DNA of 64,000 nt from Eledone cirrhosa (GCA_964016885.1 OZ024747.1:39370001-39434000), one strand, 5' to 3'; shown: positions 30,577 through 45,934, numbered from the stretch's first letter. Numbers and translations: made by a program. The notes: generated by a model from the sequence alone, not told the origin.

Positions 30577-31117
30577 TATAAATATTAATAAAATAGATGT
30601 TCTTTTGATCAATTACATTTTATTATACATATTTCGGATGAAAAACAGACATAAAGTACACAAAAGAAAAGAACAGAACCAATAGTGAATAAATGCAAAA
30701 ACACAGAGTATATATATGCAAAATGATCCATATGATTGTCCATCTGTCCATGTATAGATTGAATTGAGGGGGCCTCTGTTCAAATGCGATTTGGTGCAGG
30801 AAAATAGGGGTTTATCCTATTATTTGTTTCCACGTATTTATCCTGCCGAAAATTACTATTATGTCCGTCCAGTGTAAGGGGTTTCCATCCCCATGGTAGA
30901 CGGAATTTCCGGGGGTAGCTTATGGTTGGTTCCTCTCTTCTCCACCATATGGGTTACATCGTAAAGCGCTCAACTAATTGGAGCTAAATTATTAGGGTAA
31001 ACATTGATGCAATTCAATTCAAACACCCAACGTACTTTTTCCACATAGGAGTGACTGAGTAAATATCGAATAAGGAAAAGCGAAGTAGTTTCAGATTTCA
31101 AGTCCTTTAATAATAAT

Positions 31118-31191
31118 GCTGTGATATATATTTCAGTGACGACACTGGCCACACTGTTCTGTGTGCGAGTGTCGTGTCATCATCAGACAGC
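31118..31191 (-). ncRNA. Type I hammerhead ribozyme within an unclassified repeat (~30570-31730)
   Basis: gctgt-CTGATGA-[acgacact/agtgtcgt; cacac/gtgtg]-GAAATATATATC^acagc. Confidence 0.75.
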
Positions 31192-32039
31192 TTGTTACAT
31201 AATAAGGTTATGTTTCCGAGGCAATCCAAATTGGGTCGACATGGGAACGGATGAATTTGTGGGTTTATCATCCGCTCCATTGTGAGTACCAATTCAACCC
31301 CACCGGCCTGCGCAAGCGCATGTCCGAAGCAAGTTGACCATTAGCCACCGCAGATTTCAACGAAATTTGCTCAGTCAGTTCACCCTGTCAGCCAAAACAA
31401 TGGCCTACCAATGCCTGTGCCATATTTTACTGCTACCCATCACGGCTGTGGCTGTCAGCCGAGAGCCAGAGGGGTTGGGAGAGTGTTAGTTTTTACAGGT
31501 CATAATACTACCCCTCACAAAGCGTTGACGGTACGCCTGATCATCACCTTATAAGGGAAAATAAACTTATTCTATGTATCATGGTTTTACGTTGGAAGTT
31601 AAGAGTGAGAGTTGGAAATAAAATCCTAAATCAAATATCAGACATTATAAATTAAACAATTAAGAAATTAACAATTAGAAATTAAAGAATTAAAAAAAAG
31701 AATTAAAAAAAATCTTTTCAGGTGATAATTCGGATTGAGGTGAGTAAAAATATAGACTGAAGTGACAACATTAATATCCATGTATCTATATGATTGTTCA
31801 TTGAATGGGAAGTTAATTATATGTCCAAATTTTGCTAGTGCTCCGATGATGCCAAACGAAAGTTTGGAAGAAACGATTGTCAGAAATGAAATGATTTGAA
31901 CATAGTTTTGATTATCGTGTAATTTATATTCCTGCTCTGTAAAACATCTGATGTGTTTACATTGAGCTATTTCTCTTACTGGTAATAATTACTGACCTTT
32001 CCTGTTTATAGTTGTATATAGTGTATATATAACTATAAA

Positions 32040-32113
<74 letters not shown>

Positions 32114-32119
32114 TATATA

Positions 32120-32173
32120 TATAAGTATGTATGTATACGTACATACATATATGTATACAGACGTACATTAGCA

Positions 32174-32216
<43 letters not shown>

Positions 32217-32567
32217 GCAGGTACACATATATATATGCACGCATCAGTTTAGTGGACGCTTATTATAACGCCGCTTTGTTCGTTTGTCAACAGACTGAAC
32301 AGCCTGAATTTATGCCATACGGTGTTAAGGCAACCACGTCACCTTTTTGTTCAACACTGACACAGGAACGATGTACTAGTTTCAAGCTTGTTAGCTATCA
32401 TAAGCACCGTTTACCCATCTGCCAGATAGTTGAACGTTCGAAAGTATATACTTTCCTTTACACCGTATGGCATAAATTCAGGCTGTTCAGTTTGTTGACA
32501 AACGAACAAATCGGCGTTATAATAAGCGCCCGCTAAACTGATGCGTGCATATATATATGTGTACCTG

Positions 32568-32570
<3 letters not shown>
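32120..32570. mobile_element. Inverted/fold-back copy of the ~536 bp HHR unit
   Basis: 32120-32460 is the reverse complement of the 33120-33560 family. Its HHR at 32367-32411 (-) has the core mutated to CTTATGA. 32461-32570 flips back to +. Confidence 0.8.
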
Positions 32571-32633
<63 letters not shown>

Positions 32634-32716
32634 GGAGGTGAGTTTTATTGTAGTACAATAAAGCAATGCAGATATCGGATAAGAAGCACTCTACAGTTTG
32701 TGGGACTGGAGTATGC

Positions 32717-33046
32717 ATAATATAAGATCAAAAGATGGTTAAAGGAGTTCAATATATTTTATTATGCGCATTTCAAAAACAAACATCATCAAACAATAAT
32801 ATTTGTGTTTTCATCAGATAAAACAGGAGAACACGATATGAAGGCTAAAAAAACACTTGTTGATAGTGCAGTTTTAAATCAACATATGTTGATTTAAAAC
32901 TGCACTATCAACAAGTGTTTTTTTAGCCTTCATATCATGTTCTCCTGTTTTATCTGATGAAAACACAAATATTATTGTTTGATGATGTTTGTTTTTGAAA
33001 TGCGCATAATAAAATATATTGAACTCCTTTAACCATCTTTTGATCT

Positions 33047-33054
<8 letters not shown>
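32717..33054. repeat. 338 bp near-perfect palindrome (one mismatch seen) with an HHR on each strand
   Basis: Centre aacat|atgtt at 32885/6. HHR at 32948-33014 (+): ttttat-CTGATGA-long stem II-GAAATGCGCATA^ataaaa. Mirror copy at 32757-32823 (-). Confidence 0.85.
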
Positions 33055-34333
<1,279 letters not shown>

Positions 34334-35095
34334 CTGTTTTTGTGCCAAAGGATGAAGCAGTCATCTAGATATCGCTTCCAGTTCCTTTCAATGTGTAAGT
34401 GGAGGGTGTTTCCAAATTTGTTTAGGACTTTAGTGTAGAGGGTGATTTCCAGGTATCCCATGACTAGGTTGGCATAAGTAGGGGCTGTTTTCGTTCCCAT
34501 AGCGGTCCCAGATTTCTGCCTGTAGGGTTTGTTATTGAAAACGAAGTAATTGTTCTCCAAGATAAATTTGAGTCCCTCTATCACGAATTCATTTTTGATG
34601 CGTTGTGGGAGTTCATTGTGGAAATTATCCAGCCAGAATTGGATAGCTTCTATTCCTAGGTTGTGGGGGATGTTGGAGTATAGGTTGACTACATCGAACG
34701 TCACTAGTAGGGTTTGTTCAGAAAGTGGCATATTAGGGAGGTGATTGAGCATATATAGGTCGTCCCTTATATAGCTTTTGATGTGCTTGAGGAAGGGTTT
34801 GAGAAGGGTATCAATGAAGTTGCTAAGACGGTGCGTTTCGCAAGCGGGGCCTGCTATTATAGGTCTTAATTTGAGATCATTGGGTGAGGGGACATTGATG
34901 ACTATGTCTGTGGCTTCCTTGCATGCCTTACTGATTGATTCGCTTTTATGTACTTTAGGGATACCGTAGAAAAGGCTGGATTTACTTGTGAAGTCTGTGA
35001 TGAAGCTGAATTCCTTGTTAGTGAGTCCTTCTTTGTATTGGTTGATTAGAGTTTTTAGGTTTCTCAACATCCTTAATTCACCCAAGTGTTTTGAG
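34334..35095 (-). pseudogene. PLE reverse transcriptase fragment (uninterrupted ~250 codons, truncated at both ends)
   Basis: FYGIPKVHK, LRPIIAGP, FDVVNLYSNIP, QKSGTAMGTKTAPTYANLVMG, RYLDDCF. Confidence 0.9.
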
Positions 35096-35348
35096 GCAGG
35101 TTTTCTATGACTGGATGCTCTTTCTTATGCAAACACGTAGTTACATGCATTGAATGAAATACATTTCTGAGAGGTTTTCTAAGACTACATTATATATTGT
35201 TTATAGAGGACATAAACAACTATCAACAAAGAGTTTATAAACAGTCTCAATATTGTTATTGCCTGCAAAATAAGCAACACTAGCAGATATGCCATCTCTA
35301 AAATCTATGCTGTGCAAGTTCATTGAGAATTTGTAAAAATGATAATAA

Positions 35349-35537
35349 TAATTGTTTCTACTTTAGGCACAAGGCCAGCAATTATCCCAGTGTATTACTG
35401 GTACTTTATTTGATCGACCCCGTAAGGATGAAAGGCAATGTTAACCTCGGTGGGATCTGAACTCAGACCATAAAGGGCCGTAACTCTTTGCTGCAAAGCA
35501 TGGCGTCCAACCCTCTACCGATACTGCCAATCCACCG
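35349..35537 (-). mobile_element. tRNA-derived SINE
   Basis: Reverse complement of the 27609 family. Confidence 0.9.
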
Positions 35538-35547
35538 CACCTATATA

Positions 35548-35710
35548 ATAATTGTTTCTACTTTAGGCACAAGGCCAGCAAATTACCCAGTGCATTACTG
35601 GTACTTTATTTTATCGACCCTGTAAGGATGAAAGGCAAAGTCAACCTCGGCGGGATTTGAACTCAGATCATAAAGGGACGTAACTATGCTGGAAAGCATG
35701 GCGTCCGACC
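35548..35710 (-). mobile_element. tRNA-derived SINE, 5' truncated, tandem with the previous copy
   Basis: Reverse complement of the 27609 family. Confidence 0.85.
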
Positions 35711-35936
35711 ATAAAAACAGGTAGAATTCCCAAAACTAATCAGATCAGAGCAAACAGCACGGACACTCTATCTCAAAATTATTTTTGAAAAGCATTTAGA
35801 AATGCGCAACCTGTAAAACCTTAAAAACTTAAAACCACAACTGAATACTAACCCATACAATCACTAATACTCTTTTATTCCTAATTAAACCATTTTTCAA
35901 CTGTGAACAATTTGTCAGCATTTTCTATTCCGTTTA

Positions 35937-36007
<71 letters not shown>

Positions 36008-36059
36008 TTAACTGCTGGTCAAACAATGCTAAACATAGTTTGCCAGCTAAATTAACTAA

Positions 36060-36217
36060 AGGGATATAAAATATACAGAAGCGAAAATCAATCGAAACTA
36101 AACAGTGAGTGTGTGTTTTATTATTATTTCTGGCAATATTATAACAATATGACCGTTCCTAAATATAACAATATTTGTTTCAAACACATGATTTCATATC
36201 AAAGACCTTGCAAAACA
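36060..36217 (+). repeat. PLE 3' terminal tail fragment (same family as 3828-3935, 51800-51955, 61215-61270)
   Basis: Shared acagtgagtgtgt...tctggcaatatt...atgacc..cc.aa.tataacaatat motif ending in a TA tract. Confidence 0.7.
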
Positions 36218-36224
36218 TATATAT

Positions 36225-36510
36225 ATGTAAATGAAATTAATCACCTCGTTTACACTGACGAGAAAACTATATATTCTCGACTGTTCTCAAGTCCAGCAGT
36301 CGCAGCCATGGATGGGTTCGTCCTCATGAAGACCAGTTAAATCTGAAATGCATCGACGATTCTCCCCATTGCTTCTGCTGCATACCACCAGAGGGCGCTA
36401 GCACCGGTGTTTTTTGCATAGCCACGTCTTGCTAAATGTTTACCCTGTAACCATACCGTGTTTCTTTAGAAATACGAAATCTCTATACATATTTGCTTGA
36501 AGCTAAATCA
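36225..36510 (+). repeat. Short repeat with degenerate HHR (36318-36359), homologous to 3440-3720
   Basis: tcgtc-CTCATGA-aga..tct-GAAATGCATC^gacga. Confidence 0.65.
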
Positions 36511-36530
36511 TATATATATATATATATATA

Positions 36531-37144
36531 TAAAACATGTGAAGAAAGAAGAATACTGCGTGGTTGCACATGGGTTACATATGATAAAATTAGTCCCTCG
36601 TCAGTGACTTGCCAACCATCATTGATATTTCATCGCATTAAAAATCATATACCTCAGGTTGGTGCGAGTAATAACTAAAAAAAGCTATCGGGACAAGTAA
36701 ATCGCGTAAAGCGAGTGAGACAAGTAAACAACATAGAAGGATAAGAGCAAACCGAAGATAGGAAAATAAACAAGCAACATGGTTATCCGGTCAGCATAAT
36801 CTGGATGGATTTCATGAGCGATCAAGATACAGACCGTCCGACGTGAGTGAGGTGTGAGCAAGAAGAGAACGCACTACTAACCAAACGGGAGGAAGTGAGA
36901 AGGGGAGAAACAAAGAGTGAGTGAGTGGAAGTGCGAGGAAGAGGTCAGGCGAGAGAAAGTGTAACTGACAGAGGGGGCGAAAGAAGATGAGAGCAACAGA
37001 GAGAACGGTAGCAGTAAGAGAGAAACAGAAAAACGCAGCCAAGGTAAATATATATTAAAAACATGAGGAGAAAGAAGAATACTGCGTGGTTGCACATGGG
37101 TTACATATGATAAAATTAGTCCCTCGTCAGTGATTTTCCAACCA
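36531..37144. repeat. ~525 bp unit with ~88 bp direct terminal repeats between TA tracts
   Basis: aaaacatg.g.agaaagaagaatactgcgtgg...ccctcgtcagtga.tt.ccaaccat occurs at ~36532 and ~37058. Confidence 0.7.
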
Positions 37145-37149
37145 TATAT

Positions 37150-40100
37150 ATATATATATATATATAAAAGCGAGGATGTGTGTGTGTGTCTGTGTAGAAA
37201 TTTGGATACCTAAGTCTTTTACAATTCCCAACCGAATTTGACAAAAAAACTTTCTGTACACGTTGCACCTGTCGCTAAGATGGCCACATCACAAAAATGG
37301 TTCAAATCGACCCACGTTGAGCAAAAAAAATCGATAGCAAAATTATTTTTCTAAAGTGTATGATGTAAGGGAGATAACAAACTTTATTGACAATCCTTAT
37401 AAAGAGAGTGAGAGGGGTGAGATATGGAGACTTTCGTTTTCACTTTCAAAACAACAGTCATCGTCGGACGAAATTTCAGAAATATAAACATCAGATTCAT
37501 TTGAAGATAAATCACTAATATTATCGTTTGTTTCTTGTTTATTCTGAATGTTGTCGTGTGTAAAACCTTCAAAGTCGGAATCGCTACCTTCATAAGCCAT
37601 GTTGATACGAAAAGAAATTTGTTGCACTTTCAAAGTTAAAAAAACACTTGTTGTTTTAATTTGTTTCACTATATTAAGTGTTAATTTTGGCAATAAGGGC
37701 CTAATCTCGCAGCAGTCTCGAATTGACGAGATTTTGATAATGGTTTGTTTATTTTTAGAACAATTCTTATGGGACTTTCGATTCAAACCATTGGGACCTA
37801 CAACTTTTACATTTTTATAGTAATTTCGTCCACATTTGAGGCAGGCATTATCCAGGCTTCCAGCTGTTTTCGTACACATAAAACTTTATTGACAATGAAG
37901 GAATATACTGAACAGGATGTAGTTACTCAAAGGATTTTTAAAGTTTTGCCAGTATATTTTCAATTTTATTGTAACGCTTTAATTCATACATTTTGACTTT
38001 ACAATTTTTCACCAAAAAGAAAGTATGTATTTATTGGTTCTCGGATTTTGACCTCTATCGAAGAAAACGAAGCGTGTAAATGACGCTCAACCGATAACCG
38101 AAAATAGACAATCACAAAATGCGGTGAGTACAGTTATTGCAACATCTTTGTCCGCCGCTGAGCGTCGGTTAGTGCGGCGAACGAATAATGCTAAAGCAAC
38201 TGCTGCAGCACGAGTTGCAGAAACTACAGAGCAACATGAAACACGCCTTGCTATGGATGCTACAGCTACTGCTGCAGCAAGATCTGCAGAGACAATACAA
38301 AATATGAAACATGTCGTGCGCGTAATGCTTCAGCTAATGCTGCAGCAAGAGCAATTGAGACTGAGCAAGAACGTCAAAGTCGCCAATTGATAAATGCTTC
38401 AGCTACTGCTACGGCACGAGCTGTTGTGACTGTAAGAAGTCGAGCTATTCGGCTGGAGGGTGACGCTCAACGTAGAGCTTTATCGCGGGGTATTTCAAAG
38501 GCATCACGCTCACAATTGTACCTTAAGGCAGTTAATTATGACCCTAATGTAAACTATCAAATCCATCCTGATATTGAAATATATGCAATGTCAAATACTT
38601 GCCAACATCGTAAAGCTAAAAGGTGGGCGGGAGAATCGGCTGGAATGTGCTGCTCCAATGGTAAGGTTAATTTGACCACCCTTAGGGAACCACCGCAACC
38701 TATCCAGATGCTTCTAACAGGTAAGCATTCACAAACACGTGATTTTCTTAAGCATATCCGACAGTACAACATTGCGTTTCAAATGACCTCTTTCGGTGCA
38801 AAACGTCTGAAGGAAGATGGATTTATACCGATTTACAAAGTACAGGGCCAGGTGTATCATCTCATTGGATCACTGCAATCGCTGCCTACTGAAGAGTTAC
38901 AATTTTTACAGGTTTACTTTGTTGTTAACTGTCATCAGCAAGCGGATCGACGGCAATCGTACACTTCAGACACTAAACTGGAACTCTTGATTGACCTCCA
39001 AGACATGCTTCACTCTAACAATAGCTACATTCAAAGCTTCAAGTATGCTTTAGAAGAAGCACCTTCGCCACATTACGATATCGTCATTTTCGCTGATGAG
39101 AGACTATCTGGGGAGCATGCGGGCTGGTATAATGCACCTACTTGTAATGAGGTAGCCATTGTTATTAGTGGAGAGCAGCACAACAAGACAGACATTATTC
39201 TCAAGCGACGAGACAACAGCCTTAACAGAATAAGTGAAACCCATCGATCTTACGACGCACTCCAGTATCCGCTATTATTTGTATATGGTGAGGATGGATA
39301 CCATTTCGGAATTCATCAAATTAATTCCACAAACCAAGATGAGCATACCACGAAAATTGTCACATGCATGGATTTTTACGCTTTCCAATTCCTGATCGCG
39401 ACATCTGCTTCAACCAGCTGCACTGATCACAAGACCTCTTCAATCAATTGGCAGTTGACATGTTCGCAAAATGGAGTCCGAGTGATTATGCGTCATTCGT
39501 CTTAATCAGAAACAACTTCGCTGTGACACTTACATGCAGATCCTGATAGTATTTGACTGTTGTACATCCTGCCTTCATCTTTCACAGGAAGTCCTCGGTT
39601 CTTTAACTTTTGTCCAAGATGCTTTAACTTTTGTGCGCCTTTTCGGTAAACCAGATTTGTTTATTATTTTCACTTGAAACCCAAAATGGGAAGAGATTCA
39701 GAAAGAACTCTTTCCAGGTCAAAAAGGCCACACCAGGCAGAATCTTATTGCCAGAGTTTTCCATCTTAAGTTAATTAAGCTCATGGAACTTATCAAAACA
39801 GGTGAAATCTTTGGCCCTGTACAATGTGACATGCTTACAATTGAGTGGCAAAAACGAGGCTTGCCACATGCCCACATTCTGATCTGGTTAAAGACAAAAC
39901 TTAGATCAGATGAAATTGACAATGTCATTTCTGCTGAGTTTCTGGATCCGGCAATCGACAGGGACCTTTACCAAAAAGTTAAAGCACACATGGTGCATGG
40001 TCCATGTGGACATGGATTTCACAACAACCTACCATGTGTTAAGGAGAAGTCTAGGTGCTCAAAGAAATTTCCCCGACAATTCCCTAAGGACACTCAGACA

Positions 40101-43045
40101 GGTCATGAGGGATACCCACTATATCGCCGGAGAAGACCCGAAGATGGTGGATTCACAGCAAGGGTTGGCAAACATGAGGTTGAAAACAGATGGGTTGTTC
40201 CATATAATCCACTCCTTATAAAGATTTGTGATGCACACATAAACGTAGAATACTGTAATTCGATTAAATCTATAAAATACATTTGTAAGTACATTAATAA
40301 AGGCTCTGATGCTGCTACGTTTGGATGACTTCGGGCAAACAGCCGAGATGAAGTGGCCCAGTACCTAACTGGAAGATACATTAGCTCTAATGAAGCGTTC
40401 TGGCGGATTTTCTGATTTGTTATACATCAACGGCATCCTGCTATTTAAAAACTCCAAGGGCACCTGCCGAACGGTCAAAGAGTCTATTTTAAGAATGCAT
40501 CAACTGCTGAGTTAGCACAAGATCCAAAGGATACTGCTCTTACCGTTTTCTTTAAACTATGGGACAAAAATACATGGAAGCAAAGAAAAACAGGACAGTG
40601 TGTTGAAGGTTATCCGGGCATCAAGTTCAACGAGTGCTTGGGCAGAGATTATACTGTGCCCCCAAACCAACACGAGTGCTTCCATCTTCGCATGCTACAA
40701 CATGAGGTCAGAGGACCTACCTGCTTTGATGATCTCCGAACGTTAGACACACAAGCTCTTCCAACATACACAAAGGCATGTTTGAGGCGTAGATTTCTGG
40801 AAGATGGCTCGCAGTGGGATACAACGATGGTGGAAGTTGCTCTTTCACATTCACCTTCCAGCCTAAGAAATGTATTTGCGGTACTTTTGCACTCGTGCAA
40901 GTTATCTGATCCTCTGTCCTTGTGGATGAAATATAGGGATGAACTAACAGAGGACTACAGACTCCAAGCACAATTGCTGCTTCCAGAAATAGAGGTCGGC
41001 ATTAGTAATGAATTATACAACAGAGCTCTCATTGATATTTAGGACAAGTTAGCTCTGATTGGAGGAAAGGTTTTACATGATGCGGTTTACCAGAAACTCG
41101 TCGCACGGACTCAAACAAACTTCCCACAGATATCATACAGGAGACTTCTTATGACATCCATGATCTCGGCCTCTACGTCACAGATAATGAGCCAAAACTT
41201 CTAGCTGATCAGCGACTGGCTTATACCACCATTACTGAATCGGTATTTCAAAGAAGAGGTGGCATATTTTTCCTCGATGCTTCAGCGGGGACAGGAAAAA
41301 CTTTCGTTACTAAACTTCTTCTTGCAAAGGTTAGACAGAATAATGAAACAAAACAGCAATAGCAGTTGCGTCCTCTGGAATCGCAGCAACTTTGCTCCCT
41401 GGTGGAAGGACGGCACATTCAATTTTTAAATTGCCCCTTGATTTGGCAAAATTGGAAACTCCTACTTGTCATATCACCAAAGACTCTGAAAGGGCTCATC
41501 TGCTGCGAAGGTGTCACCTTATTGTTTGGGATGAATGCACAATGGCGCACAAAGGTGCTCTTGAGGCACTATACAGGTCTTTGCAAGAAATACGGGATTG
41601 CAGTGATGTTATGGGGGGTGTCACCCTTCTGCTATCAGGAGACTTCAGACAGTCTCTTCCTATAATACCGAAAGGAACAAGAGCAGATGCGGTAAATGCA
41701 TGTCTTAAGTATTCACCATAGTGGCGACAAGTGACATCAGTAATACTAACATGCGTGCGAGATTGCATGGGGACACTCTGTCATCAACATTTTCTGAAGA
41801 CATTCTTACAATTGGAGATGGTAACCTACCTCCGGATACAGATGGAGACATAGCAATTGATCACAACTGCAATGTAGTTGAAACTGTCGATGATCTAAAG
41901 GCGAGTGTATTCCCGAACTTGCGTGATAACTATACAAATCTTGATTGGCTATGCGAAAGAGCCATTATTACACCCAAAAATATCACTATTAGCTGTATTA
42001 ACGATCAGATTCTTCAACTTCTTCCTGGATGTCCACGGATATATAAATCTATTGATACTGTATGTGATACACAGGATGCGGTAAATTATCCAGTTGGATT
42101 TTTAAATTCTTTAAATCCTCCCGGTTTACCTCCTAATACATTGGTTCTGAAAGAGGGAACGCCAGTTTAATTTGCTGAGAATTATCACTCCTCCAAAACT
42201 ATGCAATGGTACACGCCTTGTGGTTAAAAAACTGTCTCCACTTAGTATTGACGCTACCATTCTATCCGGATGTGGAAAACGCGAGGATGTGATAATAACA
42301 AAAATTAGCCTGACTACATCAGGCGTGGATACTCCCTTCTCCTTTCGCCGAATCCAATTTCCCCTTCGTGTTACCTTTGCGATGTCCATAAACAAGTCGC
42401 AAGGTCAAACTCTGTCCGTCGCTGGAATTCACTTGGATGAACCTTGCTTTTCGCACGGACAATTCTACGTTGCCTGCTCACGAGTTGGCAGTCGAGATAA
42501 TCTCTTTGCGTTTGTTCCGAAAAGAAAAACAAAGAATATCGTCTATCCTGAAGTGCTTTAGTGTTAACAAAAACACTTATTACAGCCCTACCTTGACTTC
42601 ACCTTACTCATTACAAACCATACCAATGAATATGTCATGCAGGATATTTTGGTTTATAAGCTCAAAATTTAACCATACCCAGCAAAGGATGCTCTCAAAG
42701 AATAGATTTTCTCTTATTCTACTCTCATTTTTTCTTTTTTGTTTGTATACAACTCTGCTTTCATTACAACTATTTGTACTTTAGCAAAACTGCCTGTTTT
42801 TTTTACAGATTTGCAACATGTATAGTCTTTAATTATTTGTATAACTACATCCTGTTCAGTGTTTTCCTTCATTATCAGCATAGTTTTATGTGTACAAAGA
42901 TTGCACTAAATATTCGTTTGCATTATTTATTGAAGACTTCTGCTTATTTTGACAGGTTGGGGACAAATAATTTTCGTCTTTTATTCCTAGCTGTATATTC
43001 TTAGCATAATTTCAAACCCCGGACAAAGCCGGGTAAATCTGCTAG
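37150..43045 (+). mobile_element. Helitron (rolling-circle DNA transposon), near full length, inserted in (TA)n
   Basis: 3' hairpin CCCGG-acaaag-CCGGG (43018-43033), then CTAG at 43042-43045 followed by T. The 5' end reads ..tatataaaagcgaggatgtgtgtg (the 5' TC is not discernible). RepHel lies inside. Confidence 0.92.
38124..42561 (+). pseudogene. Helitron RepHel (HUH Rep + PIF1-like helicase), multiple stops and frameshifts
   Basis: CCSNGKV zinc region, EWQKRGLPHAHILIW, KYICKYINKG, LDASAGTGKTF, IVWDE, GDFRQ, QFPLRVTFAMSINKSQGQT, HGQFYVACSRV. Confidence 0.93.
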
Positions 43046-43161
43046 TATATATATATATATATATCAAAGGTGATCGATTTATAACATAATTATCATGCGG
43101 CTCCGTGATGGCTAATGGAGAGAAATGAAGTGCACATATCGTATTTTGATACATTATGTCT

Positions 43162-43347
43162 GGTGAATTGGCAGTATCGGTAGAGGGTTGGACGCCATGC
43201 TTTCTAGCATAGTTACGTCCCTTTACAGTCTGAGTTCAAATCCCGCCGAGGTTAACTTTGCCTTTCATCCTTACGGGGTCGATGAAATAAAGTACCAGTA
43301 ATGTACTGGGTAATTGCTGGCCTTGTGCCTAAAGTAGAAACAATTAT
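43162..43347 (+). mobile_element. tRNA-derived SINE, TSD attatgtct
   Basis: A and B boxes present. attatgtct occurs on both sides. Confidence 0.9.
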
Positions 43348-43442
43348 GTCTTGACAATTTCTTACCCTTGAACTGCTCAATCGCGAAACTCGCATCACAC
43401 CTCAATAAATGTAAGAGACACCCCTTCCTTTTTATTAGTATA

Positions 43443-43473
<31 letters not shown>

Positions 43474-45175
43474 CCGTACATGTGTGCGTGTGTGTGTGTG
43501 TATCTGTCTGTGTATGTGTCTGTATCGTATTTCCCCATCAGTATTCTACCTCACGTATAGAATCCTTCAAATTTGTCATCCTGCTGACATAGTAGTGTAA
43601 CAAAGATGGCCATATATAACATAATAGAAATGACATTTATAAAGAATTATATCTATGAAAACGTAAGCAATAACATTTCAGCGTTTCTATTTAATGCATT
43701 CTGTAGACGATTTTGTTTATAATATTAGTAACGTTATCCACACCAGAAGGTAAATCCCGAAGGAGATTTGAAGATATTTCTATATATAGAGGACTGTATT
43801 ATTCAGTATGTAATTCAGTCATTTATATTGCATAGCTGATTATGAGAGCGATTTACCCATGTGTCCAGCAAAGAAATCTACACTTTATAGAGTACAATTT
43901 CCTATTTTCCTCTTTCCCTGTTACCGCCTATATTCTAAGTTCGGTAAAATGAGAGGCATCAAAACTCGAGAATATATCATTTCTCAGATATATTCTGAAT
44001 AAGAGAGTTGACTATTCTTATGCAATTAGTACAAAACATTATAAGTGCACTCATAATATATTATTATAAATATTTCTCTCAATAGATTTACACATTTCAT
44101 TTTTTTTAATCTGCTATCTTATATTTCTTAATCCCTTCAAAAACAGTTTGTTTTTCGCAGCGACTTTATGCAACACTGATAACATCCACAGGCCTATAGA
44201 ATGTTTGCATTTCTAATCGAATCCCAATATTTTTCAATATTATATTTTCATTTCCTCTGATTCTGTTCTCATATATTATAACAAAATTGATAGATATGTG
44301 TTCCTTTATTATTTATATCTAATGCTATGGCCGCATGTTTTATATGGTAATTTGCTTAGTACGTGTCATGACACTTTTTTTCGAAACAGCTTCTGACTTG
44401 TGTTTCATCCATGTCTTATATATTAAACATATTACATTTCTAAATCCCTTCCTGTGTGATCATTATTTATTTGATCTTATGTGTAATAATATGTTGTACT
44501 ATTCATAAAATGGTATCGTTATTGCTCTTATTTTTTTAGTTGTTGGTATTTAATGATAAAATATACTAGAAAAGTCATATCTATTAAAACTTTCTTAGCA
44601 ATTACTTAGGAGGAGCGCACTTCCAGTATTACATTCCTTCGTATGTTTTAGCGTAACAGCCGTCTACATCTACACATACACGGACATATACAAACATACA
44701 TCCTCACATATATATCTACACACACACATTTGTACATACAAATATACATACATACAGTTATAGTTATATATATTAGCTGGCCCATCCGGCTGGCTCGGGA
44801 TAGGTATAACTGGCCCCACCACTCCACTGCAAAGATACCACACACCCTCCCGTGTCACATTGTCCTTCGGACATCGTAGCAAAGAGGAGGAGCTACCGTA
44901 GAAATGAGTTTAAAAAGAAAGAGTTAAGCTGTGTTGTTTAAAACGTACATACATACATACATACATGCATACATACATACATGCATACATATATACATAC
45001 ATACATCATATATACGACCGTCAACTTTATAAGTATAGAAATGTGTGTGTGTGTGTGTGTGTTTGTGTATATGTATGTGTGTGTGTATGTATGTATGTGC
45101 ATGTGTGTGTGTCTGTGTGTTTTGTTTTGATGTTATCCGGCAACTGGCGAAATCAAGTGTGAAAGTATGTGTATT

Positions 45176-45206
<31 letters not shown>

Positions 45207-45359
45207 TATGCGAGCGACGACAGGTAAAAGATATACCACGGAAATGAACGTTATTTTTCAATCAAGGCTACATTTGATCATACACATTGTTTATTTCAAA
45301 ATTATTTTAATGCCGATACTTGATTTAACGTCATTGGAAAACGTTCACTTGCTGCCCCT

Positions 45360-45365
<6 letters not shown>

Positions 45366-45446
<81 letters not shown>

Positions 45447-45488
45447 AATAGCTAACAGTTTAATTGTATCTCTCTTTCTCTCTCTCTT

Positions 45489-45520
<32 letters not shown>
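45366..45520 (+). repeat. (CT)n microsatellite cluster
   Basis: Dinucleotide tandem. Confidence 0.9.
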
Positions 45521-45541
<21 letters not shown>

Positions 45542-45783
45542 TTGTGTATATATTGAAGAGAGATACGGAAACTAAAACAGTGTTGTCATATACAGAGGGT
45601 AGAGCGACAGAGAGAGTAAAGCAGTTAAATTATAAAGAGGGAGAATGATCTATTATAGAGAGAGGGAAGAGCAACGGAGAGAGTAAAGCTAAGAAATTAT
45701 AGGGAGGTGTGTAGGATACATACATATATAATACATACATACGACGCTCAGCTTTATAATATTATGTTATATATATATATAAA

Positions 45784-45934
45784 GGTGGTGGATTGGCAGT
45801 ATCGGTAGCGGGTCGGACGCCATGCTTTGACGCATAGAGTTACGGTCCTTGCCATTCTGAGTTCAAATCCCGCCGAGGTTAACTTTGCCTTTCATCCTTA
45901 CGGGGTCGATAAAATAAAGTACCAGTAATTCACT
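45784..45934 (+). mobile_element. tRNA-derived SINE, 3' truncated by an HHR unit
   Basis: The SINE core ends at agtaattcact and runs straight into the 45938 repeat. Confidence 0.85.
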
